A stretch of DNA of 64,000 bases from Piedraia hortae CBS 480.64 (taxonomy: Eukaryota): contig MU005959.1 in assembly GCA_010093745.1 (NCBI GenBank), positions 424,270 to 488,269 on the forward strand, read 5' to 3'. Below, one piece after another: positions 23,306 to 35,400 of this stretch; the stretch's first letter is position 1, and each line of letters begins with the position of its first letter. A model generated the notes under the pieces. That model worked only from the letters and a program-made list of their open reading frames with translations, had not been told where the DNA came from and did no database searches. Made by a program: the position numbers and the translations under genes.

Positions 23306-23909
23306 AAACCGTACACTGAAGACTCTATTGCATCATGAAAAGGAGGTTATTAGAGTGATGCCATTGCTACTACACGTAGGCACGGCATCATGCAATGATG
23401 TAATGGCGTTGAATTTGAGATTTTTTTTCTACTGAAAGGGTTACTTGTATGTAAAGTCTGTTGATAAACATTAAAAATCGATAGTTCGAACGTCTTATCG
23501 TTCGCTTACTACCTTCATACTATCTTATCAGGGTATTCTCTGAGTTTGCGGGAGCCTCGGACCCGTTCATTCGACCCTTTCCCTAGAGAGGGAAGTGCGA
23601 GGCGTGCTGGAGGGGTAGTGCATAAGGTTATGTAACGAAGATAGTGTAGAGAGGTGAGATGTCGAGGTAGATGTACCCATACAAAGGTTCTGATCCGGTG
23701 AACGGAGGAACTGGCTTTACGTTCAAGCCTAGGCTCGATCAGCTTTCGCAGTTGATGACACGGCAAGTACAGAGATGACCACCATCAAATCGTCTCAACC
23801 CACCAACATCAACGAAAACCTACCTCGGCTCAACCTTACCTACTCCACGCGACAACCATCCCCCATCCACAGCAACAACCCACATATCATACATGTCCTA
23901 CCCAACCTA

Positions 23910-24662
23910 TCAATTCTGCGAGTACACAAAATGGTTCAAATGTCCCGGGATCCTCATCTGGCAGCGTTTGCAATCCGGGGTGAAGCCCATCCTGATCGTT
24001 CTGAGTGGCTGCCTAGGCCCCTCACCCGTCGAATCATTCAATTCCGTTAAAGACGCCGTCCTCTTCGCAGAAGTCACGTAGTACGGACTGCCGCTGCTCT
24101 GCGCGCCACTCCGCTGTCTTTGTCGTAAAACTTTATTAACCTCCGGCGCGGAGGAAGAAGCGGGTGTGATCGGTGGCGGGGAGGAGGAGGAAGGTAAGCT
24201 ATAGACCGAGGAAGAAGATTGCATGATTTCTAGATGGTCGCTGACGCTTAGGCGGGAGAAACGCTTGTAGTTTTCTTCGTCATTGTCGTCATCGAAGGAC
24301 AAGGTGTGGAGTGGGCTGCTGTTGGGTGGGGTGCGCTGGCGGAGGGGACTGCTTTGGGGTAGAGGACTGCTCTGAAGCGCGGTCCTGAAGAAGCTCTGCT
24401 GCGGGGGGTGACGGGCGCGGACGTGTTGGCGCACCTGGACGGGTCGCGTGGCAGAGGAGGAGAAGTCAAGGTCCATGGCCATGTTGTCGTGGGGATCGTA
24501 TTGCTTGTTGTCGTAGAGCATGTCCATGTCCATGTCTACGTCTGTGTCGCCGCCGGTGTCGTGGTCGTTGTCGTGCGGGAAGCTGCCGCGGGCGCGCTTG
24601 AAGGAGGAGTTCGTGGATATAATGCTTTGCGCATCGTCTTCGACCTCGTACGGTCGCTTCAT
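23910..24662 (-). CDS. Hypothetical disordered protein with C-terminal CxxC...HxxH motif
   Basis: MKRPYEVEDD start at 24662. Ser/Pro-rich body ending RMGFTPDCKRCQMRIPGHLNHF. Confidence 0.7.
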   Translation of the reverse strand: MKRPYEVEDDAQSIISTNSSFKRARGSFPHDNDHDTGGDTDVDMDMDMLYDNKQYDPHDNMAMDLDFSSSATRPVQVRQHVRARHPPQQSFFRTALQSSPLPQSSPLRQRTPPNSSPLHTLSFDDDNDEENYKRFSRLSVSDHLEIMQSSSSVYSLPSSSSPPPITPASSSAPEVNKVLRQRQRSGAQSSGSPYYVTSAKRTASLTELNDSTGEGPRQPLRTIRMGFTPDCKRCQMRIPGHLNHFVYSQN

Positions 24663-25219
24663 GGTGGATGGGATTGTTGGGATGGAGAGTTCGATTTGCC
24701 AAGTGCGCAAATGCGGGGTTAGGTTAAAAATAGAGTGGAGCGGGGCTGGCGATGACGTTTGCAAAATTCGATGGCGGGTGGAAGCAGTAGTCAAGCCTGT
24801 TTTTGAGCAAGATTTTGTGAATCTCTCTTCCTGTGAATTTCTCTTCCGGGCCGCCAAGGCCACACACACGGGTGGATTCACATCTTCTTTGGGCGATTCG
24901 TACTCGTTAATGCTGCAGTCCAGCCTGGTGACAATTTCAGCTTTTGCGTGACCATGATTTCATAATACGAATACCGGTGCGACCGCCGTTAATAGACTGA
25001 GCCACGTGTATGCAACTGTACGAGCACGCCCACTGTACCACGAGAAGCCACAGTAATATCAATGTGAAATGAAATATAGAAAGTCTGATACTCCCCTTTC
25101 ATCCAGACCTCGGTTGCACCACATACTCCCAACCTTGAGAAGAAATGCCACAAGGTGACCACGTCCCTAATTAGCAGAGAAGCAGCTACATAACATCATA
25201 ACTCCAAATCCCCTCCCGC

Positions 25220-26374
25220 TCACTCCTTCAACGGGTACTCCAACGTCTCCACCCTCTCCGGGAACCTCACCCCATGCTTCTCCCTAACCTCATCACACAC
25301 CCTCAACAAATCAAGCGTCTCGGCAAGCCCCATCCCCCTCCCCTCAAGTCTCCCATCCCTAATCGCAAATGCACATTCATCCGCCTCGTAGAACATCCCG
25401 TGTCCCTCCCCCTCGGGATTAACCTCCCCTCCAAACCCATTATACCACCCACTCCCCTCCCCCGGGCCTGGCGGTCTAAACTCCTTCTCCTCAACAGTCC
25501 CATCAGTAAGCACAACCCTCGCCCTCGTGGGTCTCGAAGTCGGCGAAAAAAGCAACACATCACCCCTCTCCCCTTGGAAAGTCACACACGGGCCGGCCGA
25601 GCCCTTCCCATCCGGATCCGAACTCGTCCTCATCCCACACGTCGCGAACGCATGCCTCCCCTCCCCAAAATCCAGCAAAATCGACGTCATGACATCCACC
25701 CCGGTGGTGGGATGCTTCTCAACCGCCGAGCCCGCGACGGCAGGCCTCGCTCCCTTATACAACCCCAAAAAGACCCAGGAGAGGGAATAAACCCCCAAAT
25801 CGAGCAGCCCACCCCCCGCGAGGTCGGGGTTCAACATCCTATGAGTGGCATCAAAATCCATCTTCCCAATCGACAAATCCGCATTCACGCGGGAGATCCT
25901 CCCAATCCGCGGAAGCGCAGCCTTCCTCAACCACTCCGTAAGAGGGAAGTATCTCGTCCACTGCGCCTCCATGAGGAACAGGCCCTTCTCCCTCGCGAGA
26001 GCGATTAGGGCGGAGCATTGCGCTGCGTTCGCGGTAAATGCCTTCTCGCATAGGACGTGTTTCCCCGCTTCGAGACAGAGGCGGATGTGTTGGTAGTGGT
26101 GGCTGTGGGGGGAGGAGATGTAGATGATGGTTGGTGAGGGGGAGGTGACGAGGTCGTGGTAGGTGGCGTAGGGTTGTGCTTCCTCTGGGGCATTGATGTT
26201 TTTGAGGAAGGATGCTGCGCGGGAGAGGGAGTTGCTGGTTGCAGCGCCAACGATGGTGTGTTTGATCGTGGTGACATCACGGGTGGAGGGAGGGATCAGG
26301 AGGTCTTTGGCAAAGGTCTCCGCTATGCCGCCGCAGGCGAGAAAGCCCCATTTTAGTTCGTAGGGGGAGGACAT
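25220..26374 (-). CDS. Gfo/Idh/MocA oxidoreductase (dihydrodiol/D-xylose dehydrogenase-like)
   Basis: WGFLACGGIA, IYISSPHSHH, HVLCEKAF, FLMEAQWTR and GGGLLDLGVY motifs. Confidence 0.93.
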   Translation of the reverse strand: MSSPYELKWGFLACGGIAETFAKDLLIPPSTRDVTTIKHTIVGAATSNSLSRAASFLKNINAPEEAQPYATYHDLVTSPSPTIIYISSPHSHHYQHIRLCLEAGKHVLCEKAFTANAAQCSALIALAREKGLFLMEAQWTRYFPLTEWLRKAALPRIGRISRVNADLSIGKMDFDATHRMLNPDLAGGGLLDLGVYSLSWVFLGLYKGARPAVAGSAVEKHPTTGVDVMTSILLDFGEGRHAFATCGMRTSSDPDGKGSAGPCVTFQGERGDVLLFSPTSRPTRARVVLTDGTVEEKEFRPPGPGEGSGWYNGFGGEVNPEGEGHGMFYEADECAFAIRDGRLEGRGMGLAETLDLLRVCDEVREKHGVRFPERVETLEYPLKE

Positions 26375-26463
26375 GTTGGATGGTGGTGGTATAGAGGTGG
26401 ATGGATGGATGGATGGTGGATGGATGGTGGACGGTGTTAACATGACATCATCTATGCACATTT

Positions 26464-29400
26464 CTATCGTAGACTTCCCGGCGGAGTCGAGATGAGACTC
26501 TGCTTGCTGTTGCGCTCTCCAGAGAGGACGCGCGCCATTCTTTTTCGTGGCTGGTCGTTTTGTACAAGCACTTGGGCTGGACAGATGACAATCTCCTCGT
26601 CGCCCTCACCCGAGTCGTCGCCTTTCTTGACGACGAGCGGGAACAACACCACCTTCACAACTGCCCTGCTCTTCTGCAGCTCTTGGTTCGAACTGAAAGC
26701 ACCAGACCGCTCGTTCATCAGCGCCGCATTGAAATGAACGAAGCGCACGAGTTCGCCGTTGGTGTCGTACTCGGGCTGCAGCGGAGGCAGCATGATGTAC
26801 TCGGCACGTTGCGTGCGCATCTCTATCGACAGATTGACAGCAACGCCAACCACCTTAACGAGCGACGCAAGCAGCTGTCGCTGGGCCTGGGACGGCGGTG
26901 GCAGCAGCATGCACAGCAGGTCGAAGATCTCCTCGGCAACGGCCTGCGTGTCGAGAGCGCACTGGCGCGCAAACTCGGGTCGCTTGGACAGTAGCGTTAG
27001 CGTGGTGGCGCGCCATTGGGCTACTGCGCGTGGCGGCCCAATCTCGGCCAGCTGCTTCTCCAGCGTCTTGAGCTTCTGCCGCTGGTCGCGATCCATGCCG
27101 AACAGGTAGCGGGTGAAGACGTACTCCCACACCATCGTCATCACCACCGACATGAAAGCGTCGCGCCGTCGCACGCGATCGATCAGTAGCCGGTCGACGT
27201 CCGATCCGTCCAGCACCGCATTGTCCAGCCGCGCCTCTACTTTGTCGTTGCCCACGTCCTGCGACAGCCGACAGATGCGATTGTCCGACATCTTGGAAAA
27301 GCGCAACACCCATTGTTGCACGTGCTGGCAGAGTTTCTGGCACGCGACGTCAAAGTAATCTTCGTCGCGCACAGTGAGATAGTCGGCCTTCCGCGATGCG
27401 CGAATTTCCGCCTCCAGCGCCCGCACCTGCTCCGACGCAGCATCCAGCTCTTCGCGCAGCCGGTGAATCTCGGCGTTCTTATCCGCCAGCGCCGTCGCAA
27501 TGCGTGCCTGGATGGCAGCCTCCATGCCGGCGCTCAGCCTTCCGTGCTCACCCCTGACTCTCTCCAGCTCCTCCACAGCCCGCTGCCATTGTTCGTTTGC
27601 GTACGCATGGTCTCGTTCGAGGCTCGTGTAGCGGCCGTTCATGTCATCGACGAGTTCGCGGTTCGCATTCGTGAGACCGGAGTTGATCTCCCGCAGTCGC
27701 GCCAGTTCATCCTGCAGCGGCTCCAGCAGTGCCTGTAACCGGTGCACTTCGGCGTCCTTTTTGCGCATCGCATACTCGCTCTCCTCCAGCGCTTCCCTCA
27801 GGTGTCCATCGGCACGTCCCTCTTGCAGCGCACGATTCTCGGCTACCAGCTGGTCGATGCGCGACTCCAGGTCGCCGATATGCATGCTCTGCCGCTTGCG
27901 TGCGCTGGGCGGTCGCGTGGGCGACGTTGACACCGTCGCATCGCCGTAGCCCTGCTGAGAAAAGTCAGTTGGGTTCGCGCTTGCAAATGACAGCCACTTA
28001 CGTAGACATCGGCCATCACCTCATCGTCGTTGGCCGGTGGAGTTGGCGGCGGCTCGACGGGAATGGTTTTCACAGATCCCGCCTCACTGCGGGCCGCCCC
28101 GAAATCACCATACAGGTCCGTGCGTGACATGACTCGAAGGCTTGGCGACGCACCGCGACTGATGGCATCTCGCTTGGTAGGGTCCGGCGTGCCGAGTCTG
28201 GCTGACGGTTCCTGGAATGACGTGCCGTTTTGGGTGCTCGGATCCAGAGGGCTGCGGGGGGCTTCGTCTTTGAGTGCGTCGAATCCCCATGTGGGTTCAC
28301 TTGCCAGAGCAGGTTTGCTTCTCTTCTTGGTAGGTAGGAATTCGGGCTCGTCCGGGTCCTTGTGAGTGGCAGGAGTAGACTTGACTTCTTCGAGAATTGC
28401 CGGGTCGAAACCGGATCCTTCGAGACCTAGTGCGACTGTCGAGTCAAAGTCCCGCGGCGGAGACTTCTTGGCTCGCCATCTTGTAGTCTCGGTCACTTCC
28501 CCGGGATCACCTTCCCCGACTGTCGGTGGACTCTTTCGTGTAAAGGTAGGGTCGCTCAGAACACTGGCGGGGTCGAATTTGGAACCAGAAAGATTTGTTG
28601 GCACGCGGTCGTCTTGAATGCCTCTGTCGATAGTCGTTTTGTCCTCGTCGATGGGATGCACTTCGGCTCTGCCCTTGTCCGTAGGAAGTGGCTCCACCCC
28701 ACCCTTGTCTGCATGGCGTAGCTCATCTCTGCCCACATCACCAGCACCCATCTCCCTTTCCCTCTCAACAGGCACCTCCGGAGTCTCAACATCATCAAAC
28801 ACCGTCTTCTTACGCCTATCCTTTTTAGCCCTCTTAGACGGTTCAGTGAACGTCTGGTCTGACCGGATCTCCTCTGGAGTTGGCAAGTCGGCTTTGCGCT
28901 TTCCCGTTGACAAAGTCTCCTCAGCTGGCAGAGGCTTTGATGAGAAGTAGTCGACTTGTGGAGTCTCGGCTGCAGCCACAACAGGAGTCTCCAGAGCCTT
29001 CTTTTTGCCCTTTTTGCCTTTCTTCACCGGCGGTTCCCATGCAGATTCGTCGGGTTGAGCAGGCACAGACTCAGTAACAGGCAATGACTCCGTGGGGTGT
29101 TGTTCTGGCATGTCCCTGACATTCTTCATAGGCGCCTGGACGGGTTCCGCAACAGGTTCTGCATAAGTCTCTGGGGCAGTCAAGACTTTCTTGCCCTTCT
29201 TGCCTTTCTTGGTGGTCGGCATATCCCACACATCCGCATCCGCTTCGGCAGGCGCTGCAGGTGTCGCGACGACGTCCTGAGGGGGTAATTGCTCCGCAGC
29301 AACTTCCAGAGCTGGCAACTGCTCTGTCGCGACGATGGGTGCTTGTTCCGCTATAGGCATGACGTCTTTCTGAACAGGCAGGGCATCCTTATCAACGGGC

Positions 29401-32400
29401 AGCACCTCAGCCGAATGCATCGGCATGCCCTTCTTGCCCTTCTTCTTGCCTTTCTTAGTCGGCGCGCCCCAGTCCTCACCAGGCGTCGGCACGACGTCCT
29501 GAGCAGGCAATGGCTCTGCAGCGGCTTGTTCCTTCGGAGGCGGGATATCAGACATCAGAATCTGTCCCTTCTTGCCCTTCTTCTTCCCCTTCTTATTTTC
29601 CACACCCCACACCTCCTTACCCGCCTCAACAGGTGTCGTAGCGACATCCCGATCCGGCAACGGCTCATCAACTCCCCGAACAGGCGGAGCATCCAACATA
29701 CTTACATCGCCCTCCCCAAACGCACGACCCTCCCGATCATCTTCAGCAGTCCTAGACGGGGGAAGGACAGCAGTAGACATCGGCTCGACATCAAACTTCT
29801 CCACACATAGCTCTGGTGCGGGCTTAGCGGAGAAGTAATCACCCTCTTCTGGCCACATAGACGTGTCGTGCTGGGGTAACTTGTCGTCATAATCCCGGGC
29901 GGGGACAGGATGCTCAGGAACTTCATCACGAGGAGTTTCCTCCTTATGGTGAGAATGTCCCACCGTAACGCTGGCAGCGGCGGCAGCAGCTGCTGCCAAG
30001 GGCGCGAGTTCCTCCAGTTCCTTTTTGCCTTTTCGCTTGTTTTTCTTGGATTTCGTCACGGACGCGTCCCTGTCTTGCTCAATGGGCGCCGCTTCGGGGA
30101 CGGTGTGCTGCGGAAGGGGCTCAATGTCCTTGTCAAGAGGTGTCGGTTCGGGGAGCTCGTTGCTTGGTGGAGCGTGGATATCTGCTGGTGGAGCTACATG
30201 CTCTGGTACCTCCCGGTCGTCAGTGGCCGACTCTCCCGCATGCATGGGCCAGAAGTAGTCGCGCGCCTCCACCGAAGCATCGACAGGCTCCGAGGCGGGC
30301 ATATTTTCGGCGGGTGTCTCCTCCGCAGGCGTAAACGCTTCTGCCAAGCCGCTCCTCTTGCCCTTTTTCTTCTTGCCCTTCTTGCCCACCGTTGCGCCAG
30401 AGGGTTCGGTGTCTTGAGGGATCTGCTCAGACGGGGTAGAAACTTCTTTAATGGGTGTCTCAGCTGGGGTGGTGTAGACGCTTTCTTCTGCAGTAGCTCC
30501 CTGCTTGCCTTTGCGTTTGTCTTTCTTGGACTTCTTTGTAGGCACCTCCCAAGGGTCTTCGGAAAGGGGAGTGTTGACTTGAGGAGCGGCAGCTGTGACA
30601 GGTGGTTCTTTGTCCAGACCAAGGTCGAGAGGTGCATTGGTTTCTTGCACTTCTTTCGTACCAGGCTCGACTGTTGGCTCACCAAGTGACGGAGCATGCT
30701 CAACGACTTGCGGCTTGGCTAATGGCGTAGTAACTTCAACAGGTGTAGCCATTCCGCTTCTCTTCCCCTTCTTGTCCTTTTTCGACTTCTTCACCGGAAC
30801 ACCCCACTCTTCTTCACCGATTGTCTCACCGACTGCTTGACTAGGAATGGATCCGGCTTCGAGAGCGGCAGTCGTGTCTAGTGTCTGCTCAGCAGATACG
30901 GGCTCGAGTGATTGCCTTGTAGTCTCTACCGTAGGATCAGTGATATGCTTGCCCACAGACAGCTCATGAGTGACAGTCTCATCCAATGGCGGAATTTTAG
31001 GAACCTCCTCCGCTTGCATGGCGGCATCCTCGACAAGAGACGCCGATGTGCCGCTCTTCTTGCCTTTCCTCTTGTCTTTCTTTGACTTCTTCCCAGGCAC
31101 GGTGAACACATCGTCTCCGGCCTCTTGGGATGGTACAGGATCGGCTTCGAGAACAGCTGCCGAATCCAACACCTTGTCTGTAGCAGTGGGCTCGAGTATG
31201 GGCTCAGTGGCAGATTCAAGTGCCGGCTCGACGACACGTTCAGTTGTAGGCGGTATCTCCACAGAAGGCTCGCCCACATTGGCAACATCCGGGACAGATT
31301 CACCAGCAGGAACCATTTCCTTAGGAGTAGAGATGTCTGTGATGGGTGTAGCCGGTCCGCTTGCCTTTTCCTTCCTTTTATCTTTCTTCGACTTCTTGTT
31401 AGTGAAGCCCCATTTCTCATCACCAGCTTCTTGGGCTTGTGCAGGGCCTGCCTCCGAGGTAGGGGCTGGGTCAGGGTCTTCAACTGTAGGCATGGGTTCC
31501 AAAGGCTGCTCCGTAATGGGATCGACGACATGCTCGTGCATGAGAGGCACCTCAACAACAGGGGGAATGATAGCAGCAGGTGCCTCCTCGGTCATAGGCG
31601 TGGTGATACTGCTCTTCATGCTCTTCTTCTTATCCTTCTTTGACTTTTTACCCGGTATGACGAACTCGTCATCTCCGGCTTCTTGGGGTGCTGCAGGACC
31701 GCCTTCAAGAGATGCAGCCATATCCAGTGCCTTTTCAGTAGTAGTGGGCTCAAGGGGATGTTCAGTCACAGAAGAGATCTCACCGACATTATCACTGGTA
31801 AGAGGGACATCAGCAGTAGCAGACTCGACAGTGGGCGGCACATTAAGAACCGGTACCTCCGCAGTCATGGGCATAGATAATCCACTCTTCTTGCCTTTCT
31901 TGTTCTTCTTTGACTCCTTACTCGGGACACCCAACTCATCATCACCGATTTCCTGGGCGGACAAAGGGCTGGCTTCGAGGGCGGCTGCTGGGTCCAATCT
32001 CCTCTCAGTAGTACAAGGCTCCAGCGACTGTTCAGTGGCAGGAGAGACAATAGGCTCGCCCCGAGGCAGCGTCTCAGCAAGGGGCTCGCCCGAGGGCAGT
32101 ACAATGGCATGCTGGTCGGTGGATGACACGCCAATAACAGGCACGTCCTCTTTGATAGTCGTAGATAGCCCACTCTTCCTACCCTTCTTGCCCTTTTTCG
32201 ACTTCTTGTCCATGGTCCACTCATCACCTCCAGCTTCTGGAGCCTGAGTTTGAGCAGCGGCTGGCTCCAGGTCTTTAGCTGCAGACATAAGATCTACCGG
32301 TTTCTCAGTAGGATCGACGACAGCCTCGTCCGTCAAAGGTGTATTAATCCCACTCTTCCTACCCTTCTTGTTCTTCTTCGACTTTTTGAAAGCCATGGCG

Positions 32401-35400
32401 AAATCGTCATCACCAGCTTCCTGACCAGAAACGGGACCGGCTTCAGGAGCGGTCGCCCAGTCCAATGCTCTCTCGGCGGACGTAGGCTCAAGGGGCTCTT
32501 CAGACACAGGGGGGATGACATGCTCGCCCTCAGGTCTTGACTCGACAAGAGGCTCGTTCAATGGCGGCACAACTGCACGTTCATCTGAAGACGGCATCTC
32601 ACCACCAGCAGGCAGCACACCAATGACAGGTGTCTCCTCAGTCAAAGGCGTAGCAAACTCTGCGACCGGCGTAGCCAGCCCGCTGGTTTTACCCTTCTTC
32701 TTGCCCTTCTTTGGCTTCTTACCGGGCATCGCCCACTCATCCTCACCGGCTTCCTGGCCCAGAGCGGGAGCAGCTTCAGGGGCGGAAGGCGTCCCCAACG
32801 CTCTGTCGGTGGTAGTAGGCTCAAGGAACTGCTCCGTAGCAACATGTTCGCCTTGAGACAACTCAGGCTCAACAGAGGGGAGCCCGTCAACAACACGCTC
32901 TTCTGCGGACGGCATCTCAGCAGTAGGCGGCACATCAAAAACCGGTCCTTCCTTCTTCATAGGTGTAGCAAGTCCACCCTTCCTACTCTGCTTCTTACCC
33001 TTCTTCGTGTCAGCGAAACCCCTTTCCTCATCACCTGTTTCTTGTGGTGCTGCAGGGCCGGTTCCAAGAGTGTCAGCCGTGTCTGATGCCTTGTCTGTGG
33101 TAGTGGGCTCAAGCAGCTCCGCAGATGGGGGAACACCACGCTCGGCCTGGGGCAGATTCTCCTCGGTAGACGTCGGCATCTCGCCAGTAGGATTGACATC
33201 CACAACGGGCGCCTTTTCCGCAGTTGGCGTGACCACGCCGCTCTGTCTTCCCTTCTTCTTTTTCTTCGACTTCTTGTCAGCAGAGTCCCAAAAATCGTCT
33301 CCGGCTTCTTGGGCTGATGCAGGACCGATTTCAGCGGTAGCATTCGTATCCAGACCCTTACCAGAGATAGTAGGCTCGAGTGTTTGCCCAGCAATACCTT
33401 CCGACGCGGGTTCAACAAAATGTTCCGCTGCAGGCAGCACATCAGCAATAGGCTCGATCACATGAACAGGTTCACCAGCGGGCACATCCATAGGCGTAGC
33501 AACCTCTGCGACTGGTGTAGCCAAGTCGCTATTCTTCCCTTTCTTCTTCCCTTTCTTCGACGTTTTGCCCGGAACACCCCACTCATCTTCCCCGGCTTCT
33601 TGCGCAGCAGTTAGGTCCAAGTCTTTAGCTGTAGGCATGAGCTCTAGCGATTGATCGACAAGACGCTCGTCCGTGGGAGGCATGTCGCCAACAGGCGGTA
33701 CAACAGTGGGCGCCTCCTCGGTCCTAGGCATAGCTGGCCCGCTCGTCTTGCCTTTCTTTTTACCCTTCTTCGACTTTTTGCTTGAGAAATCCCGCCCAGC
33801 GTCACCAGTTTCTTGCCCTAAGACGGAACCAGCTTCAGGAGCATCAGCTGTGTCCAGCGGCCTTTCGGTAGTATTGGGTTCAAGCGGCTGCTCCGTAGCA
33901 GTGGGAGGCTCAGACGTAGACGGAATCTCAGCAGGCTCGACAAAGGACACCTCAGCCATAGGCGTAGTCAACCCACTCTTCCTTCCCTTCTTGCCTTTCT
34001 TCGGCTTTTTGTCAGTGATGTCCCAAATATCATCACCAGCCTCTTGGGCGGGAGCAGGGCCGGCTTCAGAAGCTGCACCATCGTCTACCGTCCTCTCAGC
34101 AGTGAGCTCAAGCGGTTGTTCTTCGACAATACGCTCACCCTGGTGCAGCACAGGCTCAACAGCTGTAGCGGCGTTCTCACCAGCTTCAAGCGCAGCTGCC
34201 GTATCAAGCACTTTCTCCGTAGAGACAAGTTCGAGCAGAGCTCCAGCTTCCTCCCTCACAAATGGCTCTTTAGGCTGAATTTCACGAGGAGTATCCAATG
34301 AAGCGGGCTCATCCATAGGGTCAGAAATCTCTGCAGCAGGAGTAGCGAGAGCACTCGTCCGCCCCTTCTTCTTGTCTTTCTTACCCTTCCTGCCCGGCAT
34401 GGCCCATTCATCTTCTGCGGGCTCTTGAGCATGGGGTAGTGTTGAAACAGGTTCGACGATTTCAGTGGGCTGCTCTAGAGCTGAGACTTCCGGCTCCGTA
34501 ACAGCACTAGTCTCCTCAAGAGGTGCAGTGACTTGCTCTATAACTGCCGTAGAGAGACCGCTTTTCTTTTTGTTCTTCCTGTCCTTCCTTGACGGTGTTG
34601 AGACGTCCCAAGTGTCTTGACCGGCTTCTTGAGCTGAGATGGGATCGACATCCGACGGAGGTTCTGCAACTCCTGTAACGACGTCAGGTTCGGGGAGAGG
34701 CTGGGGAGTGTCTTTCAAAGGTTTAGGAACCTCCCCAATAAGAGTGGAAATGCCGTTCTTTCGACCCTTCTTCTCTCTCTTCGACTTTTTGCCGGGTGTG
34801 AAAAAGTCCTCTTCACCGGCCTCTTCGGGTTGAGTGGAAACGACTTCAGGAGTGGCTGTCGGCGGCCCTGATGTATCGATAACAGGCTCGAGGTGAGGTT
34901 GTGAATCGGCAGTAGCAGCGTCATCCAGGGGTGCCTTGATCTCCTCCATAGACGTAGACATGTCGCTCTGACGGCCCTTTTTCTTCCCCTTCTTCGAGGG
35001 TTTGCCGGTCATAGCCCACTCATCCTCACCAGCATCTGGGGCTTGAGCGGGGCCAGTTTCCAGGAGGGCAGCCGAGTCGAGTGCTCCTTCAGTAGAAACA
35101 CGCTCAGAGAGCTGCTCTGGCGGATCAACAACAGGCACCACCTCAGCAGCAGACTTCTCCTCCACAGGCGTAGCAAAGCCGCTCTTCTTGTCCTTTCTCC
35201 TATCCTTCTTCGACTTCTTGCCAGCCACAGGCCATACCTCCTCATCTGCCTCCGGTGCTCGAGAAGAACTGGTTTCAGGCGCAGTCTCATCGAGTGCCTT
35301 CTCAGCCAAGACATGCTCAGAAGACAGCTGAGCCGGGTCCCTTGCAGACTCATCCACGGATGGCACTTTCTCACCCACCTCTGGGGCTTCAGACACAGCC

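Noticed and set aside
26464..27933. Separate 489-aa coiled-coil gene
   Set aside because: It starts at a non-ATG codon and joins the giant ORF in frame via a canonical intron; it is the last lah exon.
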